A stretch of 64,000 nucleotides of DNA from Chrysomallon squamiferum. Lineage: Eukaryota; Animalia; Mollusca. The DNA lies in contig CM022667.1 in the NCBI GenBank assembly GCA_012295275.1, forward strand, positions 2,046,001-2,110,000. Reading direction: 5' to 3'. A program made the translations under genes and the position numbers. Below are positions 50,267-63,980 of the stretch, piece after piece; position 1 is the stretch's first letter, and each line of letters opens with the position of its first letter. A model generated the notes under the pieces. It searched no databases. It worked only from the letters and a program-made list of their open reading frames with translations, and had not been told where the DNA came from.

Positions 50267-52153
50267 ATTTATTTATTTTTTTTTTTTTTTTTTAATTTTG
50301 ATTTCTTATTTTCGTTTTTTTTTATTTATTTTTTATTTATTTATTTATTTTTTTTATTTGTTTATTTGGTTTTTTTTTTTTATTTCTTTTATTTTTTATT
50401 TTTATTATTATTTTATTTTATGGGTTTTTTTTTTTTTTTTTATTTATTTTGTTTTTTTTGGGTTTTTTCTTTCTTTCTTTCTTTATTATTATTATTATTT
50501 TATGGTTTTTTTTTTTAGAGTTTTGTTGTTGTTGTTGTTGGTTATATTTTTTCTTCTTCTTCGTGGTTTTGGTTTTGCTTGGATGGCATCAGTAAACATG
50601 TAAATATGTTTGCACCCAAGCGTGAGTGTTTGGTATAGCAGAGGCGGATTATGGTTGGGGGTGATGATTGCCAGTTGCACTGAAACCCAAACCTGCCTTA
50701 AAATAAAATAATAACAACAAAATAAATAAAACTGATGTCCACATGTATCTTCTCATTCGTGCTCTGAACGACATCCTAGCTGAAATCGATGCTCGCTTCA
50801 CAGTTTTGTAATTCTGCAGATACGGAGTCAAACACGGGCTAAGAGATAGCAATGCCAAGAACTGTGAATAGACAAACACAGTAAAATGTATAATTTCAAA
50901 TTATAAACATTTACATACTGTTTCGGAAAACCCCAAACCCTTTCCCTCCGCCTTACCTAAAGCAAAATCCTCCCTGTGTAACATGATCTGACATCAAACG
51001 ACAATACGGTAATAACAAAAAAAGTATCTGCAACAACAACAACCTCAGCATCAAAAGTAGTAGCAGCATTAGTAGTAGTAATAATAATTACAGTAAGCAA
51101 ACAAAAAAAAAACTCACTAACTAACAACAAACAGACAAATAACGAATAAAAGGAAATAAATAAAGAATGTAATGACAGATATATGTGTTCAAACAGCTAA
51201 TGTCATAAAGTTTAATCAGCGAAGCATGACAAATCACTCAACCATGCAGTAATCAAAAAACGTTTAACCATTTCTACATAACTAGATCAACACAGTCAGT
51301 TTCAGATGATGGATATATTGTAGGGATTGGTATAAACATGCATACAAAACAATAAACACGCACACACTCATACACACATGTATGTATATATTTATATTTG
51401 TTTCGTTTGTATATGCATTTGCATTGTATGTATATTACATTTACAAATATGTTTTATCGAAGTACCATTCTTATAAATTTCCTTACCAAAAATTAAAAAT
51501 GCTGAAACTTGAACAGCTTCGCCTTATTTTTTTTTTTTTTTTTTTATCCCTGTTATTGTTCAAGATATGCAATAACTTTTTTTTATTATTATTTCTTTCT
51601 TTCTTTAATTCTTTCCATTTGACATTCTGCAGTATACATGTTCCGTTTTCAACTAAATTCGATCTCACAGACAAATATTCTCGGAGGACTGGGATATATG
51701 GACGAACCATTCACAGAAACACAAACATCCACTAATTGTTGTTTCTACATGTTCCTCTGAGGCTGCCAATAATTTTCAACCGCACTTGGCGCAGTCATAA
51801 TAATTTTATAACGGGTCATAATCAAGCGCAATTTGTTGTTGCGTGTGTGTGTGTGTGTGTGTGTGTGGATTATAATTACGTTCATTGCTGTAAGATTATG
51901 GCTGTTATTGCATGGTGATGATGTCATTGTGTTTTCCAAGCCGGGTTTTTGTAAATGCGCAATCTGTCGCGGTAATATACAGACAGCTGTAATCTGCGGG
52001 AATAAAGAGATTTTAACGAACTGAGGATAAAAAAAAGAGTGTTTTGTCGATTCATGTGGTGTTTTCAGTGACTGTGTTGTGTTTAAGTGATGTTGGCGTC
52101 GTGATATTCGTTGTGGAAACTGACATAGAAAACATCAAGACGTGAGTGTGGCG

Positions 52154-52251
52154 ATGACGTCGGGTCGTGCTGGTTGTAAAATGGACAGTTTGGTGTTTTC
52201 TGTCACTGCACTGACCATGCTGGCAGGTAGCTTATGTTTTGGACAAAAAAG
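52154..52251 (+). CDS. Exon 1 (signal peptide) of a Cys-loop ligand-gated ion channel subunit
   Basis: MTSGRAGCKMDSLVFSVTALTMLAGSLCFGQK(R), ending in a phase-2 donor AG|GTAAAT. It joins in frame to the exon at 54709. Alternative ATG at 52181. Confidence 0.7.
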
Positions 52252-52267
52252 GTAAATGTTAATAATT

Positions 52268-52312
<45 letters not shown>

Positions 52313-52383
52313 TTCTCTCTCTCTCGCTCTCTCTTTCTCTGTCTTTCTCTCTCTGTCTCTGTCGCTCTCTCTGTCTTTCTCTA

Positions 52384-52473
<90 letters not shown>

Positions 52474-52710
52474 CCTCTATCTCTCTCGCTCTCTCTCAGA
52501 CACATAAAAACACACACACACAGACACTCGCACACAAATACAAATCAATAATAACAATAATTAGTAATAATTAGTAATGATAATAATAATAATAATAATA
52601 ATAACAATGATAACTAGAACATCATCATCAGCAGCAGCAAAAACAACAACAACAACAACAATAACAGTAACAGCAAAAACAACAACAACAACAATAATAA
52701 TAATAATCAC

Positions 52711-52743
<33 letters not shown>

Positions 52744-53111
52744 AATAATAACTAAATATACAAAACCGTTTATTCGTCTTTCAAGTCTTCACTTTTTAAT
52801 TCCGTTAAAAGAAAATAAATTCTGTCATCAAATTCCCATTATACCTGCCCTTTACATGAAGCTCGAATCCCAGGTGAATCTTTAACCTTCTAACATGCAG
52901 ACACAGGATTTTTTTACACACCCACATTCTTACTATTTAGCTAACTTCATATGACAAGTACGCTTAAAAAAAGCAATAAAAAAAAAAAATAAGGGTTAAC
53001 GGTAAAAGTACCGTTATGATAGTAATCGTTACAGAGTGAACAGTTTATCTGGTGTGTATGAAACACTATCATTACCAGGCAGAAACTTCATATAAATAAT
53101 TACATCACTTA

Positions 53112-54112
<1,001 letters not shown>

Positions 54113-54584
54113 TAGACAAACGAGTTGTTCATGAGGCAGAACTGCAGTAAATAACATGGGCAATTTACCAACAGACTCGTTTTATCAGTGCATTAATATC
54201 AGCTAGCTCTTCCATTACTAAATATCAGGTCACACTGCACAAATAACGTTAAAAAGAAAAATTATATGATATATATATATATATATATATATATATTACG
54301 TTTCCATGACAGGTTTAATTAAACGTCGGATTAATAACAGGTTCTATTTCACAAATAACATAATGATGAATTATTTTTAAAGCTCATTTAGTTTCTGTTA
54401 TAATAAATTATATAATAATGCGTTTGTTCGTAAATACGTACATGTATATACATGCATATATGTAATATATATATATACACACACAAACACACACAAACAA
54501 ACAAACACACAGAGAAACACATACTGTATTACATAATGCTGAATGACACTGTACTGAAAAAAACGTATTTCTGTATGATTTTAG

Positions 54585-54679
<95 letters not shown>

Positions 54680-54708
54680 AATACTACTGCTGTTATCTTT
54701 TTTCACAG

Positions 54709-54776
54709 AGAGAACATCCTCAACTCGATCCTGTTTTCCGACTACGATTCCAGAATCCCGCCCAACTTTGAAGATG
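54709..54776 (+). CDS. Exon 2 of a glycine-receptor/GluCl/GABA-like Cys-loop ligand-gated ion channel subunit (remainder presumably right of the window)
   Basis: tttcacAG acceptor (phase 2) and G|GTAAGA donor (phase 1). It encodes (R)ENILNSILFSDYDSRIPPNFED(G), matching the N-terminal helix plus YDxRIxPNF motif (GlyR alpha YDARIRPNFKG). The same 2/1 intron phases are recalled for vertebrate GlyR-alpha and GABA-beta exon 2. Confidence 0.82.
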
Positions 54777-55844
54777 GTAAGATAATTAGTAAACCTTAAA
54801 ACTAAACAAGTAACTGATTAAAATGTATTGAATACTCTCATGCATGAAAGGGTAAACACATCATGGCGTGAACGACACCTCTAACAGAACATAAAACAAT
54901 ATGAAATAAAAAAATAAAAACAAAGAAAACTAAATAAAAAAAATAAATAAATAAAACTAATAAAAAAAAATATGAAATAAAAAAAAAAAAAAAACAAAGA
55001 AAACTAAATAAAAAAAAATAAATAAAACAATAACAAAAAAATAAAACAATTAATATAAAAAAAATAAATAAATAAATATAAAAACAAAAAAATAAAAATA
55101 AATTGAAATATAAACAGTAATATTTCTCTATCTCATGAAGATATTATTACAATAAATAATTATAATAATCCATTAAAATATAAAATGCAATATTTTAAAA
55201 TTAATATCATTTATTGAGTGACGTTCTAAGCGACTCCAAGGAACTTTATTGTCTTTAAAGTACATTTTCATTTGAAATAACAATAGCAATACAGATGCTG
55301 TTTGAAAAATAATCGGCTTCTTTAAAAATATACATAAAGAAACAATAACTGGAAATTATCAGAAAACCGGTTTTTAAACTTTTCTCATTTGCTCTTATTA
55401 AATATATGTTTACTTTTGATTGTATATTTTATATGCTAAGTTTTCACTGCACCTTGATTAAGAAAACCTAAAACCTAAAATCTAAAATTCACCATATTTT
55501 CATGTCACTATTATAGTTATTTATATAATATGTGTTGGGACTCTTTCAGTATTGGGATATGTTTCGCTTTGAAAATCTTTCCTTTCTGTGTTTGTAGTAG
55601 AGTAGAAATCAGTAGAATATAATTTGGTTCCACCTATTTTTTACTACTAGCTATTTTTGCGGCGTTGTTGGTGCAAGCAAAATATTTTCAAAGCAGTTGT
55701 TTTGCTTTCACATACAGCTGATGTTGTTGTTTTTACACATAAATTAACCATCTCTCTTCAAAAACCTTTCCTTTATGTGTTTGTGGAAAGAAACTAGTGT
55801 CAGTTAAAGCAAAACAAATAACACGTGATTGATCAATAAAACAC

Positions 55845-55850
55845 TTTATT
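55845..55850 (-). terminator. Polyadenylation signal AATAAA of Gly/Met/Tyr gene copy 1
   Basis: About 100 nt after the stop, followed by a GT/T-rich downstream element. Conserved at 59966-59971 and 63731-63736. Confidence 0.7.
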
Positions 55851-55946
55851 TCTTATCGATGTGTCAATACCTAACACACAGCGATATTCATAAACTGCTT
55901 GTTGTCACTTGGACAGATGTATTCAGTTCTGTTCTGGAATCTCAAG

Positions 55947-56653
55947 TTCTGAAAAAAAAAACAATTTAAAAACAATATTTTAATAAATAATTGTATATTC
56001 ACACAAAAACTCAAGAACACTTTCAAAATATTTTTGATATTCAAAAAATAAGTTATTTAAATATTTATTTATTTATTTATTTATTTTTTATTTTTTTATT
56101 TTATTTTATTTTACGTTATTTTATTTTTGTTTTTTTTGTTTTCATTTGTAAATTTCTGTTACTAATAACATGCATACACATGCTTAAATATTTTTCTAGT
56201 TAAGAAACCATCCAAAATATTTACTAACTTAAGAAATAACTTGCTTAATTTTTTTTTGTTTATTTGTTTATTTTCGTTGTAAATTTCTGTTATTGATGAC
56301 AGCCACACACACCCTCACATCCTCAAATATTTGCTCTTCTTTCATTTAAACTAGAATTTAACACATGTAGTAGAAGTGTCACTTAAAGACTCACATTTGC
56401 CATATCCCATCATTCCGTATCCGTGCATTCCCATCATTCCGTATCCTCCATAACCTCCATAACCTCCTCCGTACATCATTGGGTATCTCATCATGCCGTA
56501 TCCTCCCATCATGCCGTATCCTCCTCCCATCATGCCGTATCCTCCCATCATTCCGTATCCCCCCATCATTCCGTACCCTCCCATCCCGTAGCCGACACCA
56601 GCAGAGGCAATGGCGAAGCAGGCGACAAGTGCGATAAGGACAGCCTTTATCAT
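55947..56653 (-). CDS. Secreted Gly/Met/Tyr-rich repeat protein, copy 1 (86 aa)
   Basis: Coding exon 56653-56395 plus the last two stop bases at 55948-55947 (T|AA split by GTGAGT..CAG intron 56394-55949). MIKAVLIALVACFAIASA signal, then GVGYGM(GGYGMM)n...RYPMMY...GMMGYGK. Non-coding exon 1 at ~56904-56857 (donor GTCAGT); acceptor CAG 56665-56663. Confidence 0.92.
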
Positions 56654-56930
56654 TTTGAAAATCTGAAATTTATACCACATGTGTTTCAATGTCAAATTCT
56701 CTTCTGACAGTTGCGTTTGATTTACATTGACAGTTCAACGCTATAATCAGTATTTCGCTGGGTTTAATAGCACAAAATGAATTAAACATAAAGAAACGAA
56801 AGGTGATATCTAAACAGTAAAACGAAAACTGACAAGACTAATACTAAAATACTGACCTGGTGATTGGAGAGGTGTTCGTTCAGAATTGTAAATGTGAGAG
56901 TGATGTCTTTTCGCTTTTAATTTAACTCTC

Positions 56931-56963
56931 TTATATACCAAACAGTTTAGTCATGTGATGTAA
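56931..56963 (-). promoter_or_regulatory. Core promoter of copy 1: TATATAA box plus upstream TGATGTAAT/ATTACATCA bZIP-type site
   Basis: TATATAA (56937-56931) lies ~33 bp upstream of the inferred TSS; TGATGTAA at 56956-56963. Both are conserved in copy 2. Confidence 0.7.
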
Positions 56964-57289
56964 TTTCCTGTGTAGTTTAGAATAAGACTGATCATCTGTA
57001 CCAGGTTTTAATTGATTATAACTTGCAGGTGTAAATTAATGAATTTGCTTTTGGGTTTTCGTTATTTCAATTTATGCATTTTAGCTACTTCGTTATTAGT
57101 TGCATAACTAGTTTCCTTTCTTATTATTGTCGTTGCTGTTGTTGTTGCTGTGTTGTGGGGTTTTTTTTTGTTGTGTTGTTTAAATAACTATTAGTAGGTA
57201 AATAAAAGACGAAACAATTTTTGACTACAAAACAGAACCCTTTATAAATTATAAATATACAAACTGAAATATAATATTATGAATTTTAT

Positions 57290-57383
<94 letters not shown>

Positions 57384-57639
57384 GATGTGTGTCACTCTAA
57401 AGCGAACACTCTTGGGACCGAATCACTTGTTCAGTTTAGAGGGTTATTCGATTTACTGAGGGTTGTTCGATTTACTGAGGGTTCAAGAAATATGAGATTT
57501 TTGGAGACACTAATGGGGGCTTTGGATTGAATGTCTTCTTGCTTTACTTTCTTTTTTTAAACTTTAGCAGAAACCAAATTCATATTTCAATATTCTATAT
57601 TATTTAGACCAAAATTTTTTAAAATTAAAATCACCCACA

Positions 57640-57717
<78 letters not shown>

Positions 57718-58039
57718 AAGATAATGAAGATCGTAAATTTATGTCAAAACAAAAAAACCAAACATATATGAAGCAAAAAAACAACTAGTTTGAAACTATT
57801 TTGGAACCCAAATAATCTAGTGATGTCAATTAGTGTCTCGATGTAAATCAAAGCAGTGATGAAATTAACTAGAATTAAACTTTTGACATTAGATGTTTCC
57901 TACAGAGTAAGTGGAATCCAAAGATTTAGATTAAAACCACTTTACGTTAGTCAGTCTTTTGTTAACATTTTGTACCTCATCATTACTTAAATCCTTGCTA
58001 GTTTGGAAATTGCTATAATGTACCATTTACTTTGTCGTG

Positions 58040-59330
58040 TTACTACTACTACTACCACGACGACGACCACCACCACCATCACCACTCCTGCTACTGTTAC
58101 TACAACTACTACTATTTGTGCTACAACTACTACTATTACTATACCACTACTTTGCTACTGCTACTACTACCATTACTGCTGCTACTATCTCCTCTACGAC
58201 CACTACTAATACTACTACTGCTGCTACTACAACGGCTGCTACTACCACTACTACTAGTAACGCTACTACAACTAATACAATTACAATTACTACTACTACA
58301 GCAGCTATAACAACTACCACTAATACAGTCACCACCGTTAATACCAATACCACCACTAGCACATGATTACTACTTAAAAACAACAACTAATGCTACTAAA
58401 AGAACTACTATTACTGCTACCACAACAGCTACTATTACAACTGTCACATGATTACTACCACTATAACTACTACAACAGCAGTTACTATTACAACTATCAC
58501 AACTACTACCATTTCTAACCTTACTACTACAACTAGTACTACTACTACTGTACAGCATTACCTACTGCTACTACTATTAATACCATTACTACTGTTATAA
58601 CTACCATCAAAACACCACCACAACAACTATTACTATTCTATAATAACAACACTACCACTACTACTACTATTAACTACAACTACTATTACTACCCACAACC
58701 ACTATTCCTGTCACTATTACTACATACTACTACCACTAGTATTGTCTCATCATTACTACTACAACAATTACAACTACTATTACTACACCAGTTACAACTA
58801 TTAATATCAACTACTACTTCTACAACTACTACTACATTAACTTATTTTATACTTTTTTTCAATTTTTATATTTATTTATTTGATACCACTGCTTTATTAT
58901 ATAACAATAACCACTTTAAAACTATTTTTACTATTCCTGTCAAATTACTAATTACTACTAATACATCTACTACAACTATTAATATCAATGCTACTACTAC
59001 TACTATTTTTATTTTATTTTTTTAATTTTTATTTTTTTATTTATTTTTATTATCTTTAAATATTTTTACTACATACTACTAATACTACTACTACTACAAC
59101 TACTACAACTATTGATATCAATACTACTACTACTATTATTTATTTATTTTATTTTTTTTTTTATTTTTTTTTATTTATATTATAATATTTACTACTATAT
59201 TTTTTTGCTACTACTACTATATTATTTATTATCTTTAAATATTTTTACTACATACTACTACTACTACTACTACTACAACTACAACAACTACAACTATTGA
59301 TATCAATGCTACTAATACTACTATTATTTA
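58040..59330. repeat. Long degenerate (ACT/ACA/ACC)n tract between array copies
   Basis: Direct reading. The homologous but shorter tract at ~61865-62060 belongs to the next repeat unit. Confidence 0.9.
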
Positions 59331-59616
59331 TTTTATTTTTTTTTTTAAATTTATTTATTTATTTATTTATTATTTATTATCTTTAAATATTTTTATTAGT
59401 TTATAAGTGTACTAGTTTGTATTGGTTAAATTCAAGTTCATCTTAGTCTTCACTGTATTTGTTATATAATGATTTGTTTGTTGTTGTTTCTTTTTTTTTT
59501 CATTCTTTTTTTTTTGTTGTTTTTAGGGGGTTTCTGTTAATTATTTTTCTTTTTTTATCTTTTTTAATACGTTTATCTATTTGTTTATTTAATTTGTTTT
59601 GTTATTATTATTTACA

Positions 59617-59670
<54 letters not shown>

Positions 59671-60068
59671 TTAAATTACTATTATTATACATATATATAT
59701 ATTAATTTTTTTTTAAAGCAACAGGTTCTCGTTCTGTAAAGTCTATAAAATAATTATGGTTTGGGACTAGTGATGTTCTGAGATACGTCTCTCTTTGAAA
59801 AATATTTTCAAAGCAGTTGTTTTTCATTTCACATACAGCTGATGTTGTTGTTTTTACACACAAATTAACCACCTCTCTTCGAAAATCTTTCCTTTATGTG
59901 TTTGTGGAATGAAACTAGTGTCAGTTAAAGCAAAACAGGTAACACGTGACTGATCAATAAAACACTTTATTTCTTATCGATGTGTCAATACCTAACACAC
60001 AGCGATATTCATAAACTGCTTGTTGTCACTTGGACAGATGTGTTCAGTTTTCTTCTGGGAATCCCAAG

Positions 60069-60628
60069 TTCTGAAAACAAATAAGTTGAAAAAGAATATT
60101 TAAAAAAATATATGAAACAATTAACAACTCATCCAAAATATTTATTAACTTAAGAAATAACTGAATTTTGTTTGTTTATTTGTTTCGTTCTCTTTTGTTT
60201 TATTTGTAAATTTCTGTTACTTATGACACACATACACTCACATCTTCATATATTTTGTTCGTCTTTCATTTAAACTAGAATTTAACACATGTAGTAGAAC
60301 TATCACTTAAAGACTCACATTTGCCATATCCCATCATTCCGTATCCGTGCATTCCCATCATTCCGTATCCTCCATAACCTCCATAACCTCCGTACATCAT
60401 TGGGTGTCTCATCATACCATATCCTCCCATCATGCCGTATCCTCCTCCCATCATGCCGTATCCTCCCATCATTGGGTATCCTCCCATCACACCGTATCCT
60501 CCCATCATACCTCCCATCACACCTCCCATCATACCTCCCATCATGCCTCCCATCATGCCATGTCCAATACCACCGGCAGAGGCAATGGCGAAACAGGCGA
60601 CAAGTGCGATAAGGACAGCCTTCATCAT
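60069..60628 (-). CDS. Secreted Gly/Met/Tyr-rich repeat protein, copy 2 (103 aa)
   Basis: Coding exon 60628-60319 plus stop bases 60070-60069 (T|AA, intron 60318-60071). MMKAVLIALVACFAIASA signal, then GGIGHGMM(GGMM)n(GGYGMM)n...RHPMMY...GMMGYGK. Non-coding exon 1 at ~61033-60986; AATAAA 59971-59966. Confidence 0.92.
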
Positions 60629-61057
60629 TTTGAAAATCTGAAATAAATTTAATTTCAGATGAAATACTTTAGTACGAAATTAGTTTACTGTAATATTCTT
60701 TCTGATATAGTAAGGCTGTTTTATTTTACAAGTACGATATTTACCCTTTTTTTTTTATAATAACTTATATTTAGTTTAACAATTATTTTGTCATATGTGT
60801 TTTACTGTTAAATTCTCATATTAAAGACTGTTTTGTTTTCATTGACATTTCTATGTTATAATCAGTAATTTGCTGTTAAATACATCTGCGGAGTTTAAAA
60901 ATATAAAAATAATCTAACCATAAAGAAATGAAAGGTAATCTAAACAGTAAAACAAAAGTTGACAGACTAATACTAAAATACTGACCTGGTGATTGGAGAG
61001 GTGTTCGTTCAGAATTGTAAATGTGAGAGTGATGCCTTTTCACTTTTAATTTAACTC

Positions 61058-61090
61058 TTATATACTAAACAGTTCAGTAATGTGATGTAA
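61058..61090 (-). promoter_or_regulatory. Core promoter of copy 2: TATATAA box plus TGATGTAAT site
   Basis: TATATAA 61064-61058 and TGATGTAA 61083-61090; about 200 bp nearly identical to the copy 1 promoter. Confidence 0.7.
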
Positions 61091-61262
61091 TTTCCTGTGT
61101 AGTTTATAATAAGACTGATCAGCTGTACCAGGTTTTAATTGATTATAACTTGCAGGTGTAAATTAGTGAATTGCTTTTGAGTTTTCTTTCTATCAACGTG
61201 TAGAGATTACACTGCTTCGAAATGACTACAATCAGTGTTAGTTACATAGCTAATTCTCTTTC

Positions 61263-61321
<59 letters not shown>

Positions 61322-63277
61322 CAAACCAAAACCCTTTGGACCTTCTTTCTTTCTTTTTTTTTTTAACTTTAGCATAAATCAAAGTCACGTTTCAATACTC
61401 TGTATTCTTTTTAATAAAAAAAAAAATAATAATAATAATAATAAACAAAATAAAGAAAAGCATCCAAAAAAAAAAAAAAAATACCAAAATAGATACAAAT
61501 ATTGGAAACGATAAGTTTTTATGTTAAAACACAAAAGGAACATTATGTGAAAGAAAAACAGCTGGCTTTAAAATATTCTGTTTGCACTAAGAAAACTGTC
61601 AAAAGAGGTAGTTGAAAAACTAGATGGTACCAAAAGAATTCAGTGACATTATTTAGTGCCTTGATATCAGTGAAAACAAAATAACTGGGATGACGACACC
61701 CAGAATTAGACTTCATATTATCAAACGAGTAGATGGAATCTGATGGTTTAGACTCAAACTAGTTCTTACGGTAGTTAGCCTGTTGTTATCATTTGTACCT
61801 CATCACTGAAATACTTGCTAGTTTGGAAATGAATGTAATGTACTAGTTACGTTGTCGTGTTATTAATACAACTACCATTACTACTACTACTACTACTACT
61901 ACTATAACAACAACTACTATTATCACTACTACTACTTTGCTACAAAACAATTACTACCACCACCACTAACTACAACTACTACTACTACAACTACTACAAC
62001 TACCAATGCTCTCATACCACTGCTACTTCAACTGTTACTATTACTTTAACTACAACTACTTTCAATACTGCTGTTATTGAGAAGACTAAACAAATTGTAT
62101 GTAGAAGTAGTGGGAAAATGTTTTCCAAAAAAAAAAAAAATTAATTATGGATTTATAATAATGAATTTATTGAAGTGGTTGACTGTTTGAACAGCCTTGG
62201 ATTAACACTAAGTCTTAACTGTAAAAATCACGAAGACACAGAAGGTAATCGCATCTCAAAGTGGGAAATAATGTGTAGCATATTTTGAGTTTACGTCATT
62301 AGACTGAAAGTTAATGCTGAAAAGAAGCACCATGTCTTTGATAAGTACGTTTCTAGTGTTTTACATTATTTTTGTAAAATGGGTTCCATCCTGCTCAAGA
62401 TGTTTAATAGATTCCTATGAATTTCTGTAAAAGAATTTTAAGTGTTAAAAAAAAAAAAGCGCTAGAAATATTGTAGATTCATTTGAAGTCTGTAGAACTT
62501 CGCTGTATGTAGTTAGAAAGGTAAGAATAACTAAATATTGGTGTAAGCATTTAATAAACAGAGTTTGCAGTATGTGTGTAAGGATATCTTTGACTGACTC
62601 CTTTACTGTTCTTGTTACTGGATATCCAGTTTCTGCCACAGACTCCTGGTTGCAAATGGCAGATTTCTGGTTGCAAATGGCAGATTTCATAACACTGAAA
62701 GATCAAAACAAAAACAAAAACGTGATCCTACAGATCATGATACATTACATATATGGGTTTTTTTTTTCATATTATGTATATGTATATATTATTTTTACTT
62801 TTTGTACATCAAACACAGAATATAGTACGAATAGTAAATTATTTTAATCATCCATTAAAATACAAAATACTGTTACTATAATAAATACTACTACTACTTC
62901 TACTACTACTACTACTTTATTTATTTATCTACCTACGTTCTTATTTACTTATTTTCTATACAACACTTCAGAACTTTGAAGTAAATCTATAGAGAAATTA
63001 TATCCTACAGTTGACGACATACATATCATTTTTTTTTCTTTTTTCTTTCTTTTTCTTTTACTTTTGCAGTTTTAATTGTCAGCTGTTCCATATTTGCCTT
63101 GTGTCTCTATATCAAAGACACAAAATGTTAGTTTTAAAGTAAATATAACAATATGACGTGCTAAGAGGTGGAAGAAGCTGTCACTGTTTTATACTTGTTA
63201 ACAAGTAAAAAAGAAAAATAGCAATAGTAGGCAGATTTGAAGATTTGAAAAGAAATGTGCTTGACCAAAAGATTTAC

Positions 63278-63319
<42 letters not shown>

Positions 63320-63699
63320 AATAAATAAATAAAACGGGAATTATTAGAAACCGTTTTTCCAAGTGTATTAGTTTGTATTGGTTTAATACAAATTCATCTT
63401 AGTCTTCACTGTTTTTGTTTTATATTGGGTTTAATTTTCATGGGGATTTGTTTGTTTTTTGTTGTTGTGTTATTTTTCTGTTGTGGTTTTTTTTTTTTTT
63501 GTGTGTGTTTTTTTTTTTCAGTTTATTATTATTATTTTATGGGGTTTTTTTTGGGGGGGTTAAAAGCAATCAGATTCTCGTTCTGTAAAATCTGTAAAAT
63601 ATTTATGGTTTGGGACTCGTGATGTGCTGAGATATGTCTCTCTTTGAAAACCTTTCCTTTATGTGTTTGTGGAAAGAAACTAGTGTCAGTTAAAGCAAA

Positions 63700-63930
63700 A
63701 CAAATAACACGTGACTGATCAATAAAACACTTTATTTCTTATCGATGTGTCAATACCTAACACACAGCGATATTCATAAACTGCTTGTTGTCACCTGGAC
63801 AGATGTATTCAGTTTTCTTCTGGGAATCTCAAGTTCTGAAAAAAAAACAATTTAAAAACAATATTTTAATAAATAATTGTGAAACACACAAAAACTCAAG
63901 AACTCTTCCAAAATATTTTTAAAAATTAAG

Positions 63931-63980
<50 letters not shown>

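Noticed and set aside
50649-50879. Minus-strand ORF with a signal-peptide-like stretch (MRRYMWTSVLFILLLLFYFKAG)
   Set aside because: The hydrophobic run derives from a low-complexity T-rich tract; no convincing downstream exon or family motif was found.
56396-56600. Assignment of the Gly/Met/Tyr proteins as reflectins or suckerins
   Set aside because: No reflectin M/FD(X)5MD(X)5MD motif and a signal peptide is present; no Pro-flanked Ala/His/Thr-rich suckerin modules. The similarity is compositional only.
56654-56695. N-terminal extension MTLKHMWYKFQIFK of ORF 56351-56695
   Set aside because: It lies mostly in intron 1 (acceptor CAG 56665-56663) and is not conserved in copy 2; the true start is 56653.
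56423-56707. Plus-strand His/Ser-rich ORFs (SSHHAV repeats; also 60347-60646 and the Pro-rich 60432-60641)
   Set aside because: Antisense shadows of the GGYGMM coding repeats. The signal peptide, splice sites, TATA box and poly(A) signal are all on the minus strand.
63070-63126. Candidate exon 3 of the Cys-loop channel (LIVSCSIFALC, faintly like GlyR VSCNIF)
   Set aside because: Wrong length and end phase, lacks the expected P-x-x-V and S-I-x-E-x-x-M pattern, and sits among blocks homologous to the duplicated spacer.
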